The position numbers and the translations under genes are program-made. Source: Chthoniobacter sp. (GTDB lineage Bacteria; Verrucomicrobiota; Verrucomicrobiia; Chthoniobacterales; Chthoniobacteraceae). Taken from it: a DNA stretch of 34,875 bases. Under the pieces are notes generated by a model. The model was not told the origin of the DNA. It searched no databases and worked only from the letters and a program-made list of their open reading frames with translations. This document shows, piece after piece, positions 15,921 through 28,398 of the stretch (position 1 is its first letter; each line of letters begins with the position of its first letter). The stretch covers positions 1-34,875 of the forward strand of contig JAYWEB010000111.1 in assembly GCA_043779575.1 (NCBI GenBank). The letters are read 5' to 3'.

Positions 15921-18900
15921 CTACTCTCCGCCGTAGCCGACGATTTCGACGGTGATGATCGAGGGCTGCTCCTCCTGCGGAATGGTGGCGTTTTTGCGCG
16001 CCTCTTTCTCGGCTTCTTTCGCGGCGTCGTTGCCAGGATTGGTATTCTGCGCGGCGGTCAGCACGCCGAGATTTGGTGCGGTGATCGTCGGCGCGGCGGG
16101 CACGCCGGTCGAGGTGCCGCCGGCCTGGATGTTCGAGGCGTTCAGCACGGAGACGGCGGCGATGGTCAGGTTGCCGGTGGCGCGGATGCCGGCGTCGCCC
16201 GCGTCCACCACGCCGAGCGGAGCGATGAGGTCCACGTCGCCCGCCATCACGCCCTCGACCGACGCGAGCACGCCGATACCGCCGCCCGTCGCGAGGCCGC
16301 CGAGGTCGGTCTGCACATCGGCGCTCGTGGCGTCGACGACCACGCGCGTGGGCGGTGCGGTGACGACCGTCTTTGGCGCGGTCCCGGCGGCGATGTCGCC
16401 GGCGGAAGACCAGATGAGAATGTTCCCGCCGCGCAGCGTGAAGATGCGCGCCTGGCCGATGTCGATGCTCTGGTCGGTGAAGATGGAAATCGCGCCGCCG
16501 TATTCCGTGACGATGCCGGGCGGCGTCAGGGGATTGCCGAAAATATCCGAGGCCATGGTGATGCCGCCGCCCGGCACGCCGATCGAGATCGCCCCGCCGG
16601 TGCTCGTGCGGATGTCGCGGGCGCGCGTGAAAATTTCCCCCTTCAGCGCGGACGTGCCGAAGACCGCATCGACGGCGGCCAGCCCGGACGCGTAATCGCC
16701 GGTCGTCGCGAAACCGCGCCCGGCTTTCCGCAGCTCGGTGTAGAAAAGCTCGAGCGCCACGATGGTCTGCTGCTCTTTCGTGAGCGACGCGAAATCCGTG
16801 CCCACGCCCAGCTTCGTCAGATACGCGGAGTCGAGCGCCGCGCCGGCCGCAGTGGGGTCGGCGAGGAGGGTGGTGAAATCGAGCGTGCTCCGGCTCAGGC
16901 CCAGGGCCGGGCCGCCGCCCGCGCCGCTGGAAACTCCCGCGAGCACGATGAGGTCCGCCCCATCGAACGGCAGGAACGGGTTGCGGAAATTTCCAATGCT
17001 GTTGATGCCCGCGCCCGTGCCGTTCGAAAAATTCGCGCCCGTGCCGAGGTCCACATTGCGCCCGGCCAGCACTTCCAGCACGCCCGGCCCGCTGATCTGG
17101 ATGTCGCCGGCCAGCACGTTGGTGCTCACGCCGGTCACGGTGCCGCGCTTCGAATCGACGACCACGTTCCCGCGCGTCAGGTTGCTGGCGAGCGAGCGAA
17201 TCGTGGCGTTTTCGTTGTAAGGCTGGATGTCGCGGCCCGCGGCGACGAGCGAGATGTCGGCGGAACCGTCGTTTTGGATGTAGAAAGCCACATCCGTGAT
17301 GTCGTTGCCCGCCAGCACCCGCGCCGCCTTCGGCGAGAAAAGCGTGACGCCGGTGATGTCCGCCCCGCCCGCGTAGAGCCGTACGGGCTGGGCATCCGCG
17401 GCGTGCAGCGGGCCGGGCGCGTGCAGCGCCTGCTGGATTTGAAACGCGCCCGCCGTCCCGGCGTAAGAGCCGGTTTCCCGAAACAGCACATCCAGCCCGG
17501 CGAGGAAACCTCCCGAAGTCAGCCGGAGATTGACCAGCCCGTTCCCCACCACGGACTGGTAAGCGAACGGCGAAGCGGTGCCGGGCACGGAGGCCGGGTT
17601 CGCATCCGAGATATTGATCGTCGCCGCCGACCACGCCGTCACCGGGCGGGCGGGCGTACCAAATTGAATCACGCCCGTCGGCTGCAACCCGATGATGCCG
17701 CCCGACGCCGCCAGATCGAGTGTTCCCGTCGGCGACGGAAAGAGCGTCATCGGCCCGACGACGTTGATGTCTCCGGCGAAGGCCGTGCTGCGGAGTTTCG
17801 GCGGTATGAGCGTCACCAATGTGGAGAACGGCGTGACCGTGGATTCCGCCAGCCGGATCCACGGCTGCGCGTTCGACGCGCGCGTCGTCGCGCCGGTCGT
17901 CTGGAAGAGATTCTTTGTTTCCAGCCACGCGATCAGGATCGGTTTGGCACTCGACTGGCCGGGTGGCGTGACGGCCAGCCGGTGCGTCACACTTCCGCCG
18001 AACGACGCGACATCCACCTCGGCATCCGAGGAGTAGGTGTCGAAGTAGGTCTTGTACCAGTACTTGTTGTTCAGCCCGGCGGGCAGGAGGAAAGGGTTCG
18101 CCACCGGCCCGAGCAGGACATCGCCCCGCGCGCCGATGTCGAATCCGCCTTTGCCGAGGAAAAGTGTGGTGGGCAGCCAGGTGAGGGGATCGAAAACCTC
18201 GGGATTCGTGAGGCTGCGAATGATGCCGAGCGACGGCGAGCGCGAGGAATTCGTAGTGATGCGCCCGTTGGCAAAGAGCGTCCCCTGCCCGCGCTCCACG
18301 TAGTACACGCCGCCGTCGATATTGTCGCCCGTCCGCACCGTCAGGTCGCCGCCGCCCCACTCGACCAGCTTCGCCGGATCGGGTGCCACATTCAGCCCCG
18401 TGAGCGGATCGCGCCCCGGCATCCGCGCGTTCGTGGGCAGGACCGCGTCCACATTGATGATGTCGCTGCCTGCGGTGAGCGCGATGTCGCCGCCGCCGAG
18501 CGTGCCCACGCCCTGGAAAAAATTGCTGTAGTCAATCCACCACGCCGTCGAAGCCGCGGCGTCCACGATCGTCGTCGGGCCGCCGGTGTCCACGCCGCCG
18601 ATGCCGAACAGCCCCGTCGCCGGGTCCACCAGCCCGCGGCGGTAGAGCCAGTTCACCGGGAGCTGCGCGGACGAGTCCACGATCACCGTCGAGCCGGTCA
18701 AAGTGGAGTGCCAGATGTCGGCTCCGGCGGAGACGGCCACATTGCCACCGGCCATCGCCCATTGCGCGGAATAGACCTGCTGCGCCGCGCCGAGGTTGCC
18801 TTGGTTGGGATGTTCGTTGGAAGTCACCGCCACCGTCGGCACCACGAAATCGTCCGCCGTGTAGATCGTTGTCGGCGTCGGCACGCGCACGCCCGCAGTG

Positions 18901-21900
18901 TAAATCGTCGCGAACTGATTCCGCAGTTGCACGTCGCGCCCTGCGGCGATGTCGATGCCGCCGGTGCCCGTGCGGATGACCTGATAGCGGTTGACGGTCG
19001 CGGCGGCGGTCGTCGCGCTCGCGCCGCTGACGAGCGTCGGCAGGTAGAATTTCCCGAGGAGCAGCGAGCCGCTGGTCGCGCCGAGACTGGCCAGCGGTTT
19101 CACCGCATGGAAATCCGCCGCGCCCATGTCCGCGCCCGCCGCGATGCGGAGCGACCACGACTGCGTATTCACCGGCAGCGCGCTGCGGATGCTCATCAGC
19201 GGACTGAGCCAGAGCGCATTGCCGGCGACCGTTCCGCTCGGCAGGAAAAGCCCGCCCGGCGTCCCCGCGGCATCCGCGCGGAAGCCGTCGCTCAGCGCGT
19301 TCAGCAGCACGACATTTCCCGCGGCGCGCAGCGTCAGCACACCCGGCGCGGCTTTCGGCCCGAAGCGGAAATCCGCGAGATCCCAGTCGGCGGAAGTATT
19401 GCCCGCGGCGGCGCTCCCGAGTGCCGTGGAAGTCGCCGTGCCGATAGTCAGGTCGCCCGTGCGATTGACGATTTCCACGCCGGGCGCAATCACGAGACTC
19501 GGCAGCAAGCCCTGCGGATCGGCCCCGAGCAGGCTCGCCGTCATGGCGTTGTAGTTCGCCGCGGAGAGGAAAGTATTCGCGCTGTCGTAAATCGTGCGCT
19601 GCACCGTGCCCGCCGTGGGCAGTGTGGTGGAAGTGGTGCGCCAGCCGGTGATCAGCCCGCCCGTCGCGGTGAGATCCGTGACGCGGAAACCCTCGACGAG
19701 AATGCTCGAAGCGCCGGTGATCGTCCCGTTGATCGCGCCCACGCCGAGGCCGGTGTTCGCCGCGTTGCGCGGCGCGCGCAGATGCAGCGTGCCGGTGAAC
19801 TGCCCGTTGAACGCGCTCGATCCCGGCGTCGTGTAAAGGCCGGGCGCGAACGCATCCACGCCGAGGTCAATCGTCGCGCCGCTTTGCAGGCTGAGCACCG
19901 CCGCGAGATTCGCCACGCCATTGACCGCGGCCCCCGCTTCCAGCCGGATCGCGCCGCCTTTCCCCGCGCTGCTGAACTGCTGCGCATGCACGGTCAGCGT
20001 GGCCGTCGGCTCCACGGTCAGACTGCCGCCCGCCACGAGCGCAATCTCGCCGCCGGTCACGCCCGAGGCGTCGATGGTGCCGGTCACATTGATGCTCCCC
20101 GTGTCGGCGGAGAGTGTGAAATTCCGCGCCACGTTCGTCTGCGCGCCGGCATTGGCGATGACCACATTGCCCGTCCGCACGCGCAGATTTCTTTGCTCGA
20201 AAAATCCGCCGGTGTTCAGCGCCGCGCTCAGGTCCGTGAAGGACGGCAGCGTTTTGACATCGAGGAGGAAACTCCCCGTCGTTTCGCCGGTGCCCGCGCC
20301 GCCGAGCAGCGTTGCGCCATTCACATTGAAAGCGCCGTTCGCCGCTTTCACCGCGACCGCTCCTGCCCGCCCGCCGCCGCTCGCCGCGGCCACCGAGACC
20401 CGGCCGCCCGCCGCCAGTTCCGCATTTCCCGCATCCGCCGTGAGCGTGACGCTGCCGCCGTCGGAGTAGCGCACGAGGTCGTAGAATTCCTGCATCGTCC
20501 CGCTGACATCGAGATCGCCGCCCACGCTCACAGGGCCGGTGAGGGCGCGCAGCGTGATCTGGCCGCTCGGCAGGAGAATGCTCGTGTTTGCCGCCACGCT
20601 CGCGCCGGTGAAAGTGAAGCCCGCGCCAAATCCGCCCTGCACGGACGCCGTGCCGCCCGCCGATTGCAAAACCAGCGCGCCGCCCGCCGTGACCGCGTGG
20701 CTGGAGCCGCGCGCGCCGGTGATACGCGGCGTGGTGATCGTGAGGCTGCCCGGCGTGGTGAAAGTCCCCGTGCCTTCGCCGAGCACACCGCCCGCGGCGT
20801 TGAGGATCACGCTGCCGTAGCCCGTCGCAGAAAACACATTCGACCCGAGCCGCAGAGTGTTGGCATCGACCTGGAAATTTCCCGCGACCACGCCGGGCGC
20901 GGCCAGTGCGGCGACGTTCGACGGGTTGCTGAAAAGCACGTCGCCCGCCTGGAAAACCGCCGGGCCCACGCCCTGATCATAGCCGCGAATTCCGGCGGCG
21001 AAGAGCGACAGGCTTTGCAAATTCGCGCTGCCGAAAGTCCCGGCTCCGTAGAGATCGATCGTCCGATAGCTGCGCAGCGTGAGCGACGCCACCTGCTGCG
21101 CGTCCTGCGAAAACTGTCCCGCGAGCACGAGATGCGGACTGACCACGGAGCCCGTGAGCACGGGCGTCGGCGGGTTGAGCAAAATGCTGATCTGTCCGCT
21201 GCCAAGGTCGAGCGCCTGCGCGGAGAGGAGCGCCGTGGGGTCGAGCAGCGTGCCGTAGGTCGAGTCGAGAATCACGCTCGTCCCGGCGATCCGCGCACCC
21301 GCGCCGATGGTCAGCAGCGGTGCCGTCGAGTTCGTGACGCCGGTGCGGACGAGCGGCGTGTGCAGGTCGCTGCTCACGCGCAGCAGCGTGCCGCTGCCCG
21401 CGATGATGAGCGGATCCGCCGCATCGGAAAACGCGCCCGCCGCGGCGATGGCGGAACCGTTCGTCACGGTCAGCGCCGCTTTCGAGACGAGCGCGATTTC
21501 CGGCGCGGACAAACTCGCGCCGGGGTTGTCGAGCACGAGCTTGTTCGTGCGCACATCGATCACGTCGCCGTCTGCAGTCTGGCGACGCAGCCCGCCGATG
21601 AGCAGGTTTTCCGCGCCCCACGATTGGAGCAGCGCATTGCTCAAAACCACCGTCGCCCCGACGGGAGCCGCCCCGGTTCCGCCGACCACGTACATGTCGC
21701 CAAAGCTGCTCAGGTCGATCGCACTCCCGCGCCCGCCTTTCGGCCGCCCCGTGAGCACCGCGCCCGCGAGCTGCAGCGCGGTATTGCCCTCGATGGCGAG
21801 CGCCCCGGCGTCCATCGGCAGGCGCTGTGTGCGCGCGATGCCGAGGCGCGTGGCCGCTTCCGCAAAGAATATATTTCCCGAATAGTCGTCGTAGCTCACG

Positions 21901-24900
21901 CGCTTCCGCACCACGTCCGAGGACGCCACTTCAAACTGCGTCCGCAAAGTCTGCACCTGTCCCGGACGCGCGAATTCATTCAGGCGATAGCCGCCCACAT
22001 ATGCCGCGCCTTCCGGCAGCCGGAATGTGCCGAGCGGTTCGCTGCTCACCGGCGTGACGAGGAGCGCGCCCGGCAGCAGCGCGTACCGCCGCGGCAGCAG
22101 CGTGTAAGTGCCCGCCGCCAGCTCCGGGAGGCATTCGAGATACACGCGGTCGCCGAGCTTCAGCGTGCTGCTCACGTAGCCGGGATCGCCGCCGAGAAAA
22201 AGCGCGTTCCCGCCGGCATTGAACGCTGCCGACGGCGCAAACTCCGACTGGAATCCCGGCAGCACCGCGTACGACTCCGGCACCTGCGTCCAGTAGAGGC
22301 TCGCCGTCGGACGCTGATTGCTGTTGCGCACCCGCGCCGACCACGTCACGCCGTTCAGCGTGACCAGATCCCCGGCCTGGTAATCGCCAGCCGCACTCCA
22401 CGCGGCCGAGGCCGTGCCGAGAAGATCGACGCTCCCGCCGGAACCCGGCACCCAGCGGAAGGCGGTCAGGTCGCCGCCGCCGCGCAGATCGACCGTCGAG
22501 CCCGCTTCCGTCGTCACGCTCTGGCCTGCGATGACGATGCGCTTTTCCGGCACGCCGCTCGTCGTGATGTTCACCCCGCGCGGATCGATCCACGACGAGC
22601 CATCCGGGCTCAGGCCGTACGGAATCAGCAGCGCGGCCCCGGTGGTCCCGTCCACGCCGGCCACCGACGTGATGCTCCCCGCGCGCAGCGTGACCTGCTG
22701 CGCGACCGGCACCGCCGCGCCCGACACCGGGTTCGGCGGCCCATCGACGGCGGCGGTCGTCGGATCGAAATCCGTGCCGTCCCAGCCGAGCGTGATCGAG
22801 CCCAGCGGAGCCCGCAGCGTGCCGTTTTGCGCGATCTGCGAGGCAAAGATATTCAGGCTGCCGCCGGCGGAAAGCGGCGTCGCCCGCGAACCCGAGCCGG
22901 TGATCGTCACGGAGCCGGGCAGGCCACCGTGGTCGTAGGCGAAAAGGTTCAGCGTCGAAAGCGTGGTCGGGTAAATCTGCGCCGCGCGCAACGTGAGATC
23001 GCCCGCGATTTGCACCGTGCCGTTGCCGCGGATGTCGCCGCCGTCGGCGATGAAAACTGCCGCGCCGATATTCTGGAGCGACAGCGTACCGAGGTCGATG
23101 AGATCGGCCTTCACCGTCAGACTGCCCGGCCCGAAAGTCGGCGCGAACCGGTACCGCGGCGTGTCCGGCGCGGGACTTTGCTCGAACGGGAAAAACACGT
23201 CCGCCGGATTCAGCGGCGGGCGGAAGAGCTGGCCGATGGCCGCGTAGGAACTGCGGAACATCACCGCCGAATCCGCCACGATCACGCCACCCGCGGCGAC
23301 CCGCAGTGAGCCCGGTGCCGAGATCGAAACCGGGCCTTTGAACTCGATGTTTCCGCCGAACGCCGGAGTGCCCGACACAAACTTGTAGCCCAAATCCAAC
23401 GAGTCGAAGCCCCCTTGCGCGAAGCGATTCGCGGCGAAATAACCCATCCCCGGAAGCACCGCGCCTGCGGAATCCAGCACCGCGAAACCGACGCCGGGAT
23501 GGCTGTTCGTCGCCGCGATCGTCGCCTCGCCCTGCGTGACCGTGAGGTTGATGTCGGCGCTCGTTTTGAACGCGACCTGCGGATAAAACCGCCCGGAGAA
23601 AATCGAAAGCGTTCCCCCGACCGCCGTGGGTCCGCCGGCCCGGCCGAGCAGCGTCGCGTCCGTGAAGAGCATCTCGGAACCCTGCAAATCAATCGTCCCG
23701 CCATTGCTGTCCATGCGCACGGGAACGCTCCGCAGCCGCCACAGCGGAGAGTTGATCCCGCTGCCGACCGGCACCTCCCGCGAGTCCACCTTTCCGAGCG
23801 CGCTCGGATGCACGTCGAAAACCGCCGACGTTCCCGAAACGTCGAGCACCGCACCCGCGGCGGCGACGATGTTTCCCGTCACCGCGATCGTCCCGCCCGG
23901 ATACAGCGTCCCGACGCGCCGGCCGTACGCATCCGGCACCAGCACCGTCGCCCCCGCCGCCGACAGCCGTGCCTCCGGTCCGACGAAAACCGTGGGCCGC
24001 GCGAAGGTCGCACCGAACGCTTCATTTTCGGGCAGCGGAAACCGGCTCCCGCCCGACAGCGTGATCTTTCCACCCGGCGCTTCGACCGAGCCGAGGATCG
24101 TGAGCGTCTGGCCCTTGAACGCCACCGTGGCCCCCGGATCGGTGACGATTTGCGCGCCGCGTCCCATGGTCACGTCGGCCCGCACTTCGAGGACTTCGGG
24201 CGTGAAAGTGTCGTCCGAACCGAGCGCGGCAAAGCTCACGCTCACCGGCGCGCGGAGCCCGGCGGGTTTGAGCATCGGGTGGAGGACGACCGCGCCGAGG
24301 CCCGGCTGGTTCGGCACAGCCAGCCAGTTTTCGGCGACGGGCGCGATGCGCGTCCCCGGCGCGATGGCGATGCCCGGCGCGTACGTTTCCAGCCCGCTGG
24401 GAACCACGGGTTCGTCGGACGGCGCTCCGATACCTTCCAAAGCGTAGCTGGTGAAACCGCCCTGCCGAAAAAAATCCGGCTGCAAGAGCAGCGTGTTTTT
24501 GAAAACCGGCACGCCGCCAATCTGAATGAGGCTCGCCTGCACGGTCAGCGCGCCGCCGGACTTGCTGCCGTAACCGGCGAGCGTGGAGTTCAGCGCGAGC
24601 GCGCCGCCCAGCACCGTTCCGAATCCGGGATCCTTCCCCGTGCGGATCACGATGCCGCCCGCCGCGCCGTAGCTGATCGCGCCGCGCCCGCTCACCGCCA
24701 CGCCGCCCGACACGTCCACCGTGCTCCCCTTTTCCAGCAGCGCGCTGTAGGCGGCAATGGAAATGTTTCCGCCATCGAGCACCAGCGGCTGGCCGAGCCG
24801 GGTCGGGCTGCCGGGGCGGTCGTCCACGGTCAGCCCCGCCGCGCTCAGACTCGCGCCGGATTCGAGCGTGAAAAGACCGCGCCCCGCATTGGGCACGGGC

Positions 24901-27674
24901 GCGACCGAGCCGCCCGGATTAACCAAGGGAAACTCCACCGCCGCCACGGGCGAGATATTGTAGGCCGTGAAACTCAATGTCCCGCCGGGCGCGGAAACGC
25001 TGCTCCGAATCGTGACGTTGGCCCCGGTCAGCGCGATGGAACCGAGCGCCGGTGCCGCCAGCCTGGTCTGCGCTGGGACGATGACCGCGCCGTCCGCATT
25101 CACCACCGACAGATGTCCGAAGCCCTTTTCTTCCAGCAGCTCCGGCGACAAGGCCACCGCGGTCAGCCGGCTCGCGGGCAGCGCCTCGGGCGTGTCGCCC
25201 GCGAGTTTGAACGCACCCACCGCCGATGGCTCGGCCCCACGGATGAAAGTGACCTCGGGCGGCGTCGGCGAGGTCGGGAGAAAAGTCAGCGAATTCGCAT
25301 CGGGGGCAAACGCCCGCTCCGCCGCAAAGTTGAGCGAAAGGCTGCTCAGCCCCGGCACCGAACCGCGCCCGCGCGGCGGATCAATCGTGCGCCCGAGCAA
25401 CTGCCCGTCGAGGGCCATGCCCGGCGCAGTCAGCGTCAGCGTCCCGCCGCTCGCCCCTTCGATGTAGCCCTGCTCGTAGTGTTTGCCCGTCATCCACGGC
25501 GCGGTGAAGGTTTCCGTGATGCCGTACTTCGCGTGGGTCACGTCGAAAGTCCCGGTGTAAATGCCATCGAAGCGCTGGCCGGGCAGCGCGTTTTGAATGT
25601 CCACGAGATGCCCGTTTTGCAGGAGCCGCGTGGTTTTCACCGGCCCCGCCTCGTGCTGGAAAAAACCGCCCGAGACATCAATCGTCGCGCCCTTGCTGAC
25701 GACGATGGAATCGCCGGCCTGCAGCGTCACGTTTCCACCCGCGGCGGTGAGCTGCGCGGCATTGCGCTGGATCAGTCCGGCGAGACCGGTCACATCGCCG
25801 AGCGGCGTGCCCATCCAGTAGCGCCCGCCGTTCACGCCGGTGCGGCGGAGATCGACGGTGAGCGTGACCGCGCGCAGCAGCCCGGCCCGCTGGAGCGGAG
25901 CATCCGCGAACTCCGTCCCGCGAAACTGCACGTCGAGAATGCTGTGCGCGAGCGGCACGGCGACATCCGTGCTCCCGGCCACGCTCAGCAGCGAGGAGCT
26001 GTCGAAAAAAATCTGCCCGCCGGAAAAGAGAAACCGCTGCGTGCTGCCGGAATACTGGCTGCTGAGCCGCGGCTCGACCGCACCGGCGGCGTCGAAAACC
26101 GTCCGGTTTCCATCCGGGTCGGAGTATGGCCACACGCCCGCGCGCACAGTCACGTCGGCATTCGGCGCGAACATCGTGGCGTTCTGGCCGAAGTGGATGC
26201 CGAGACCCTCGACATTGATCTGCGATTTTTGCGGCAGCACGGTGCCGGGCACCTCCTTTTCGCTACCATAATCCGGGAGGATGCGCGTCGCGCTGTTCGC
26301 TCCCAAAGTCACGATGCCGGTGCTTTGGTAAAGGAACGGCGGGCCACCCGCTCCCCCGCCGCTCGAGTTGTCAAAGTTCGGGTTTGCCACCGCGCCGTAG
26401 CTCGCGCGCAGATCGACGCGGCCATTGAGGCTGACCGACGTGGAGCTGTCGATCGCGCCGAACTGATTCACGTAGCGGCCCGACATCCAGGTGCTGCCGG
26501 TGAAGGCCTCGATCAGACCGCTGTTCGTCACCGTGCCCGCGTAGTCGCCGACCGCGCCCACCCACACGTCCAGCCCGCGCAGGCTCGGATCGTCGCTCGT
26601 ATGCGCGGCCACCCCGACCTGCAAACCCGCGGCCAGGATCGTCTGCCCGGCGGGCGTCGAGATGGTGCCTTCGTTGCGCACGTTCGCCCCCACGAGCATG
26701 ACGCGGCCGCCGTTGCCATCGGCACCAGCGGGGCTGTTGATTTGCGCGCCCGGTTTCACGACCACATCGCCCGTCCGGCCATTCGGCGTGAGCGGGGCCG
26801 ACGGGATAAAGTTCGGCGTGCCGTCCGCGCCGCCCGGCACGTCGAGCGCGGAGAAAAGGAACTGCGCGTCGCGGTTGTTCAGCAGACCCTGGCTGACGAG
26901 GTTGTCATTGATCGGCAGCGCCGAGGCCACAAACGTCCGCAGATTGATCTGCGAGGAGCCGCCGAAAATGATCCCGTTTTGATTGATGACATAGACCTGC
27001 CCGTCGGCCTTGATCGCGCCGAGGATTTGCGACGGCGAGCCGGACGGATCGTTGATTTTGTTGAACGCGATCCACCGGCTCTTGTTCGCGCCGCCCGCGG
27101 TCTGGTCAAAGTTGACGGTCGTTTCCTTGCCAATGTTGAAAGTCTGCCAGGTCAGCAGCGCCTGCGGCGCGGTCTGCTTGATGTCCACTGTCGTGCGGCC
27201 CGCGGCGACGCGCTGCGCGGGCAGCGTCGCGCCCTGCCAGAGCTTCGCGTTTTCGCCGGGCTGCGGGTTGGCAAGATTCACCGGCACGCCCGGCGCGACC
27301 TGCAGGCCGCCCGGCGCGAGGCCGTTCGGCACATTCGGCAATTGCAGCCCCGGATGATTCGGATCGGCCCCTAGATTATTCGGCCCGATGTGCGCCGCCT
27401 CCCGCGCCGCCTCCTGCATCGCCTTCACATCCACCACCGCCTGCGTGGTGCGGGCGAGCGTGTCTTTGGCGTTGTTCCGCGCCTGCGTTGTCGTCGCGGG
27501 ATTCGCTCCGAAAGCCGATGTCCCGTGGGAGCCCGCGGGCGCTCCGCCGCGCAAAAGATCGCCCGCCCGCAACGGCAACCCCGCCGCCAGCGTGAAGCAA
27601 ACGCCCAGCACTGCCGCGAGCCGGAATGGGCACGCGCGCGCGTGCGGACGGATGGCGGCGGCCATGCAGTTCAC
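15921..27674 (-). CDS. Giant filamentous-haemagglutinin-family TpsA exoprotein with C-terminal DUF3739 (PdtA-like)
   Basis: 3917 aa (alternative ATG at 27665). Signal peptide, TPS domain ([35 protein letters not shown]), G/A/T-rich beta-helical body, and DUF3739-type end ([46 protein letters not shown]). Confidence 0.93.
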   Translation of the reverse strand: MNCMAAAIRPHARACPFRLAAVLGVCFTLAAGLPLRAGDLLRGGAPAGSHGTSAFGANPATTTQARNNAKDTLARTTQAVVDVKAMQEAAREAAHIGPNNLGADPNHPGLQLPNVPNGLAPGGLQVAPGVPVNLANPQPGENAKLWQGATLPAQRVAAGRTTVDIKQTAPQALLTWQTFNIGKETTVNFDQTAGGANKSRWIAFNKINDPSGSPSQILGAIKADGQVYVINQNGIIFGGSSQINLRTFVASALPINDNLVSQGLLNNRDAQFLFSALDVPGGADGTPNFIPSAPLTPNGRTGDVVVKPGAQINSPAGADGNGGRVMLVGANVRNEGTISTPAGQTILAAGLQVGVAAHTSDDPSLRGLDVWVGAVGDYAGTVTNSGLIEAFTGSTWMSGRYVNQFGAIDSSTSVSLNGRVDLRASYGAVANPNFDNSSGGGAGGPPFLYQSTGIVTLGANSATRILPDYGSEKEVPGTVLPQKSQINVEGLGIHFGQNATMFAPNADVTVRAGVWPYSDPDGNRTVFDAAGAVEPRLSSQYSGSTQRFLFSGGQIFFDSSSLLSVAGSTDVAVPLAHSILDVQFRGTEFADAPLQRAGLLRAVTLTVDLRRTGVNGGRYWMGTPLGDVTGLAGLIQRNAAQLTAAGGNVTLQAGDSIVVSKGATIDVSGGFFQHEAGPVKTTRLLQNGHLVDIQNALPGQRFDGIYTGTFDVTHAKYGITETFTAPWMTGKHYEQGYIEGASGGTLTLTAPGMALDGQLLGRTIDPPRGRGSVPGLSSLSLNFAAERAFAPDANSLTFLPTSPTPPEVTFIRGAEPSAVGAFKLAGDTPEALPASRLTAVALSPELLEEKGFGHLSVVNADGAVIVPAQTRLAAPALGSIALTGANVTIRSSVSAPGGTLSFTAYNISPVAAVEFPLVNPGGSVAPVPNAGRGLFTLESGASLSAAGLTVDDRPGSPTRLGQPLVLDGGNISIAAYSALLEKGSTVDVSGGVAVSGRGAISYGAAGGIVIRTGKDPGFGTVLGGALALNSTLAGYGSKSGGALTVQASLIQIGGVPVFKNTLLLQPDFFRQGGFTSYALEGIGAPSDEPVVPSGLETYAPGIAIAPGTRIAPVAENWLAVPNQPGLGAVVLHPMLKPAGLRAPVSVSFAALGSDDTFTPEVLEVRADVTMGRGAQIVTDPGATVAFKGQTLTILGSVEAPGGKITLSGGSRFPLPENEAFGATFARPTVFVGPEARLSAAGATVLVPDAYGRRVGTLYPGGTIAVTGNIVAAAGAVLDVSGTSAVFDVHPSALGKVDSREVPVGSGINSPLWRLRSVPVRMDSNGGTIDLQGSEMLFTDATLLGRAGGPTAVGGTLSIFSGRFYPQVAFKTSADINLTVTQGEATIAATNSHPGVGFAVLDSAGAVLPGMGYFAANRFAQGGFDSLDLGYKFVSGTPAFGGNIEFKGPVSISAPGSLRVAAGGVIVADSAVMFRSSYAAIGQLFRPPLNPADVFFPFEQSPAPDTPRYRFAPTFGPGSLTVKADLIDLGTLSLQNIGAAVFIADGGDIRGNGTVQIAGDLTLRAAQIYPTTLSTLNLFAYDHGGLPGSVTITGSGSRATPLSAGGSLNIFASQIAQNGTLRAPLGSITLGWDGTDFDPTTAAVDGPPNPVSGAAVPVAQQVTLRAGSITSVAGVDGTTGAALLIPYGLSPDGSSWIDPRGVNITTSGVPEKRIVIAGQSVTTEAGSTVDLRGGGDLTAFRWVPGSGGSVDLLGTASAAWSAAGDYQAGDLVTLNGVTWSARVRNSNQRPTASLYWTQVPESYAVLPGFQSEFAPSAAFNAGGNALFLGGDPGYVSSTLKLGDRVYLECLPELAAGTYTLLPRRYALLPGALLVTPVSSEPLGTFRLPEGAAYVGGYRLNEFARPGQVQTLRTQFEVASSDVVRKRVSYDDYSGNIFFAEAATRLGIARTQRLPMDAGALAIEGNTALQLAGAVLTGRPKGGRGSAIDLSSFGDMYVVGGTGAAPVGATVVLSNALLQSWGAENLLIGGLRRQTADGDVIDVRTNKLVLDNPGASLSAPEIALVSKAALTVTNGSAIAAAGAFSDAADPLIIAGSGTLLRVSSDLHTPLVRTGVTNSTAPLLTIGAGARIAGTSVILDSTYGTLLDPTALLSAQALDLGSGQISILLNPPTPVLTGSVVSPHLVLAGQFSQDAQQVASLTLRSYRTIDLYGAGTFGSANLQSLSLFAAGIRGYDQGVGPAVFQAGDVLFSNPSNVAALAAPGVVAGNFQVDANTLRLGSNVFSATGYGSVILNAAGGVLGEGTGTFTTPGSLTITTPRITGARGSSHAVTAGGALVLQSAGGTASVQGGFGAGFTFTGASVAANTSILLPSGQITLRALTGPVSVGGDLDVSGTMQEFYDLVRYSDGGSVTLTADAGNAELAAGGRVSVAAASGGGRAGAVAVKAANGAFNVNGATLLGGAGTGETTGSFLLDVKTLPSFTDLSAALNTGGFFEQRNLRVRTGNVVIANAGAQTNVARNFTLSADTGSINVTGTIDASGVTGGEIALVAGGSLTVEPTATLTVHAQQFSSAGKGGAIRLEAGAAVNGVANLAAVLSLQSGATIDLGVDAFAPGLYTTPGSSAFNGQFTGTLHLRAPRNAANTGLGVGAINGTITGASSILVEGFRVTDLTATGGLITGWRTTSTTLPTAGTVQRTIYDSANTFLSAANYNAMTASLLGADPQGLLPSLVIAPGVEIVNRTGDLTIGTATSTALGSAAAGNTSADWDLADFRFGPKAAPGVLTLRAAGNVVLLNALSDGFRADAAGTPGGLFLPSGTVAGNALWLSPLMSIRSALPVNTQSWSLRIAAGADMGAADFHAVKPLASLGATSGSLLLGKFYLPTLVSGASATTAAATVNRYQVIRTGTGGIDIAAGRDVQLRNQFATIYTAGVRVPTPTTIYTADDFVVPTVAVTSNEHPNQGNLGAAQQVYSAQWAMAGGNVAVSAGADIWHSTLTGSTVIVDSSAQLPVNWLYRRGLVDPATGLFGIGGVDTGGPTTIVDAAASTAWWIDYSNFFQGVGTLGGGDIALTAGSDIINVDAVLPTNARMPGRDPLTGLNVAPDPAKLVEWGGGDLTVRTGDNIDGGVYYVERGQGTLFANGRITTNSSRSPSLGIIRSLTNPEVFDPLTWLPTTLFLGKGGFDIGARGDVLLGPVANPFLLPAGLNNKYWYKTYFDTYSSDAEVDVASFGGSVTHRLAVTPPGQSSAKPILIAWLETKNLFQTTGATTRASNAQPWIRLAESTVTPFSTLVTLIPPKLRSTAFAGDINVVGPMTLFPSPTGTLDLAASGGIIGLQPTGVIQFGTPARPVTAWSAATINISDANPASVPGTASPFAYQSVVGNGLVNLRLTSGGFLAGLDVLFRETGSYAGTAGAFQIQQALHAPGPLHAADAQPVRLYAGGADITGVTLFSPKAARVLAGNDITDVAFYIQNDGSADISLVAAGRDIQPYNENATIRSLASNLTRGNVVVDSKRGTVTGVSTNVLAGDIQISGPGVLEVLAGRNVDLGTGANFSNGTGAGINSIGNFRNPFLPFDGADLIVLAGVSSGAGGGPALGLSRSTLDFTTLLADPTAAGAALDSAYLTKLGVGTDFASLTKEQQTIVALELFYTELRKAGRGFATTGDYASGLAAVDAVFGTSALKGEIFTRARDIRTSTGGAISIGVPGGGITMASDIFGNPLTPPGIVTEYGGAISIFTDQSIDIGQARIFTLRGGNILIWSSAGDIAAGTAPKTVVTAPPTRVVVDATSADVQTDLGGLATGGGIGVLASVEGVMAGDVDLIAPLGVVDAGDAGIRATGNLTIAAVSVLNASNIQAGGTSTGVPAAPTITAPNLGVLTAAQNTNPGNDAAKEAEKEARKNATIPQEEQPSIITVEIVGYGGE

Positions 27675-27678
27675 GGAT

Positions 27679-28395
27679 TCAGGGCTGGGATTTTTTTCCG
27701 GCAGGCTTCTCCGCCTTCACCGTCGCGGCTGGAGCGGCCGGCGTTTTCTCCTCGGGTTTGATTTTCTGATCCGCGAGCTGGTCCGCGTAGTCCTGGATCA
27801 GATTTTCAAACTTCACCCGCGTCGTGCCGACGAAGGGTTCGCGCGAGGTCAGCGCGGTGCCGAGGCCGAATTTTTCGTAGCGGCTCAGCACTTCCGTGCC
27901 GGTCTGGTAGAGCGCCGCATTGCGCGTCCGCTGCTCGGCGACCTGACGGTCGAGCACGATGACCCGCGCTGCCAGCTTCGCGCGCTCCGCCTCCTTCGCG
28001 TTGCCGATGGCGACCGCTTTTTCATAAGCCGCCTTGACCTCGCCGTGCGCCTTCTTCCAAGCCGCGAGCGATTTCTCGCCGGTCAAAATCTCCCCGTCCT
28101 TCGCCACGATTCGCGCCTCCATCTCGGCCCGCGTCTTGTCCGCCGCCTCCTTGTCGGCGACGAGCTGCTTTTTGTATTTCTCGAGCTGCTCGGTGAGGTC
28201 GGCGACTTTCTGTTCGCCCTCCGTTTGCGCGCCCTGCATCGCGGCCTTGTCATTTTCCGCCGCGCGCAGTTGCAGGGTCAAAGCGCGCACGCTTTCCCGC
28301 AGCTTCTGCTCGGCGGGATTCGGCGCGTCGGCGGCGGAGATGGTTCCCGCCGCAAAAAAGGCGAGGATGAGGACGGAAAGAAACGTGCGGTTCAT
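27679..28395 (-). CDS. Exported coiled-coil protein (238 aa) of the type found in PdtAB-like clusters
   Basis: Signal peptide and long heptad region. C-terminal RNAALYQTGTEVLSRYE..REPFVGTTRVKFENLIQDYADQL. Gaps of 3-4 bp to both neighbours. Confidence 0.8.
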   Translation of the reverse strand: MNRTFLSVLILAFFAAGTISAADAPNPAEQKLRESVRALTLQLRAAENDKAAMQGAQTEGEQKVADLTEQLEKYKKQLVADKEAADKTRAEMEARIVAKDGEILTGEKSLAAWKKAHGEVKAAYEKAVAIGNAKEAERAKLAARVIVLDRQVAEQRTRNAALYQTGTEVLSRYEKFGLGTALTSREPFVGTTRVKFENLIQDYADQLADQKIKPEEKTPAAPAATVKAEKPAGKKSQP

Positions 28396-28398
28396 GGG

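Noticed and set aside
14995-18360. 1121-aa ORF suggesting a large ArsC fusion
   Set aside because: Only the last 148 aa (from ATG 15441, coupled to the arsR stop) are real. The rest is an off-frame reading of tpsA and arsR.
17274-27374. Very long + strand ORFs (2011 aa at 17274-23309 and 1319 aa at 23415-27374)
   Set aside because: Arg/Ala/His-rich antisense shadows of the high-GC tpsA gene with no recognisable motifs.
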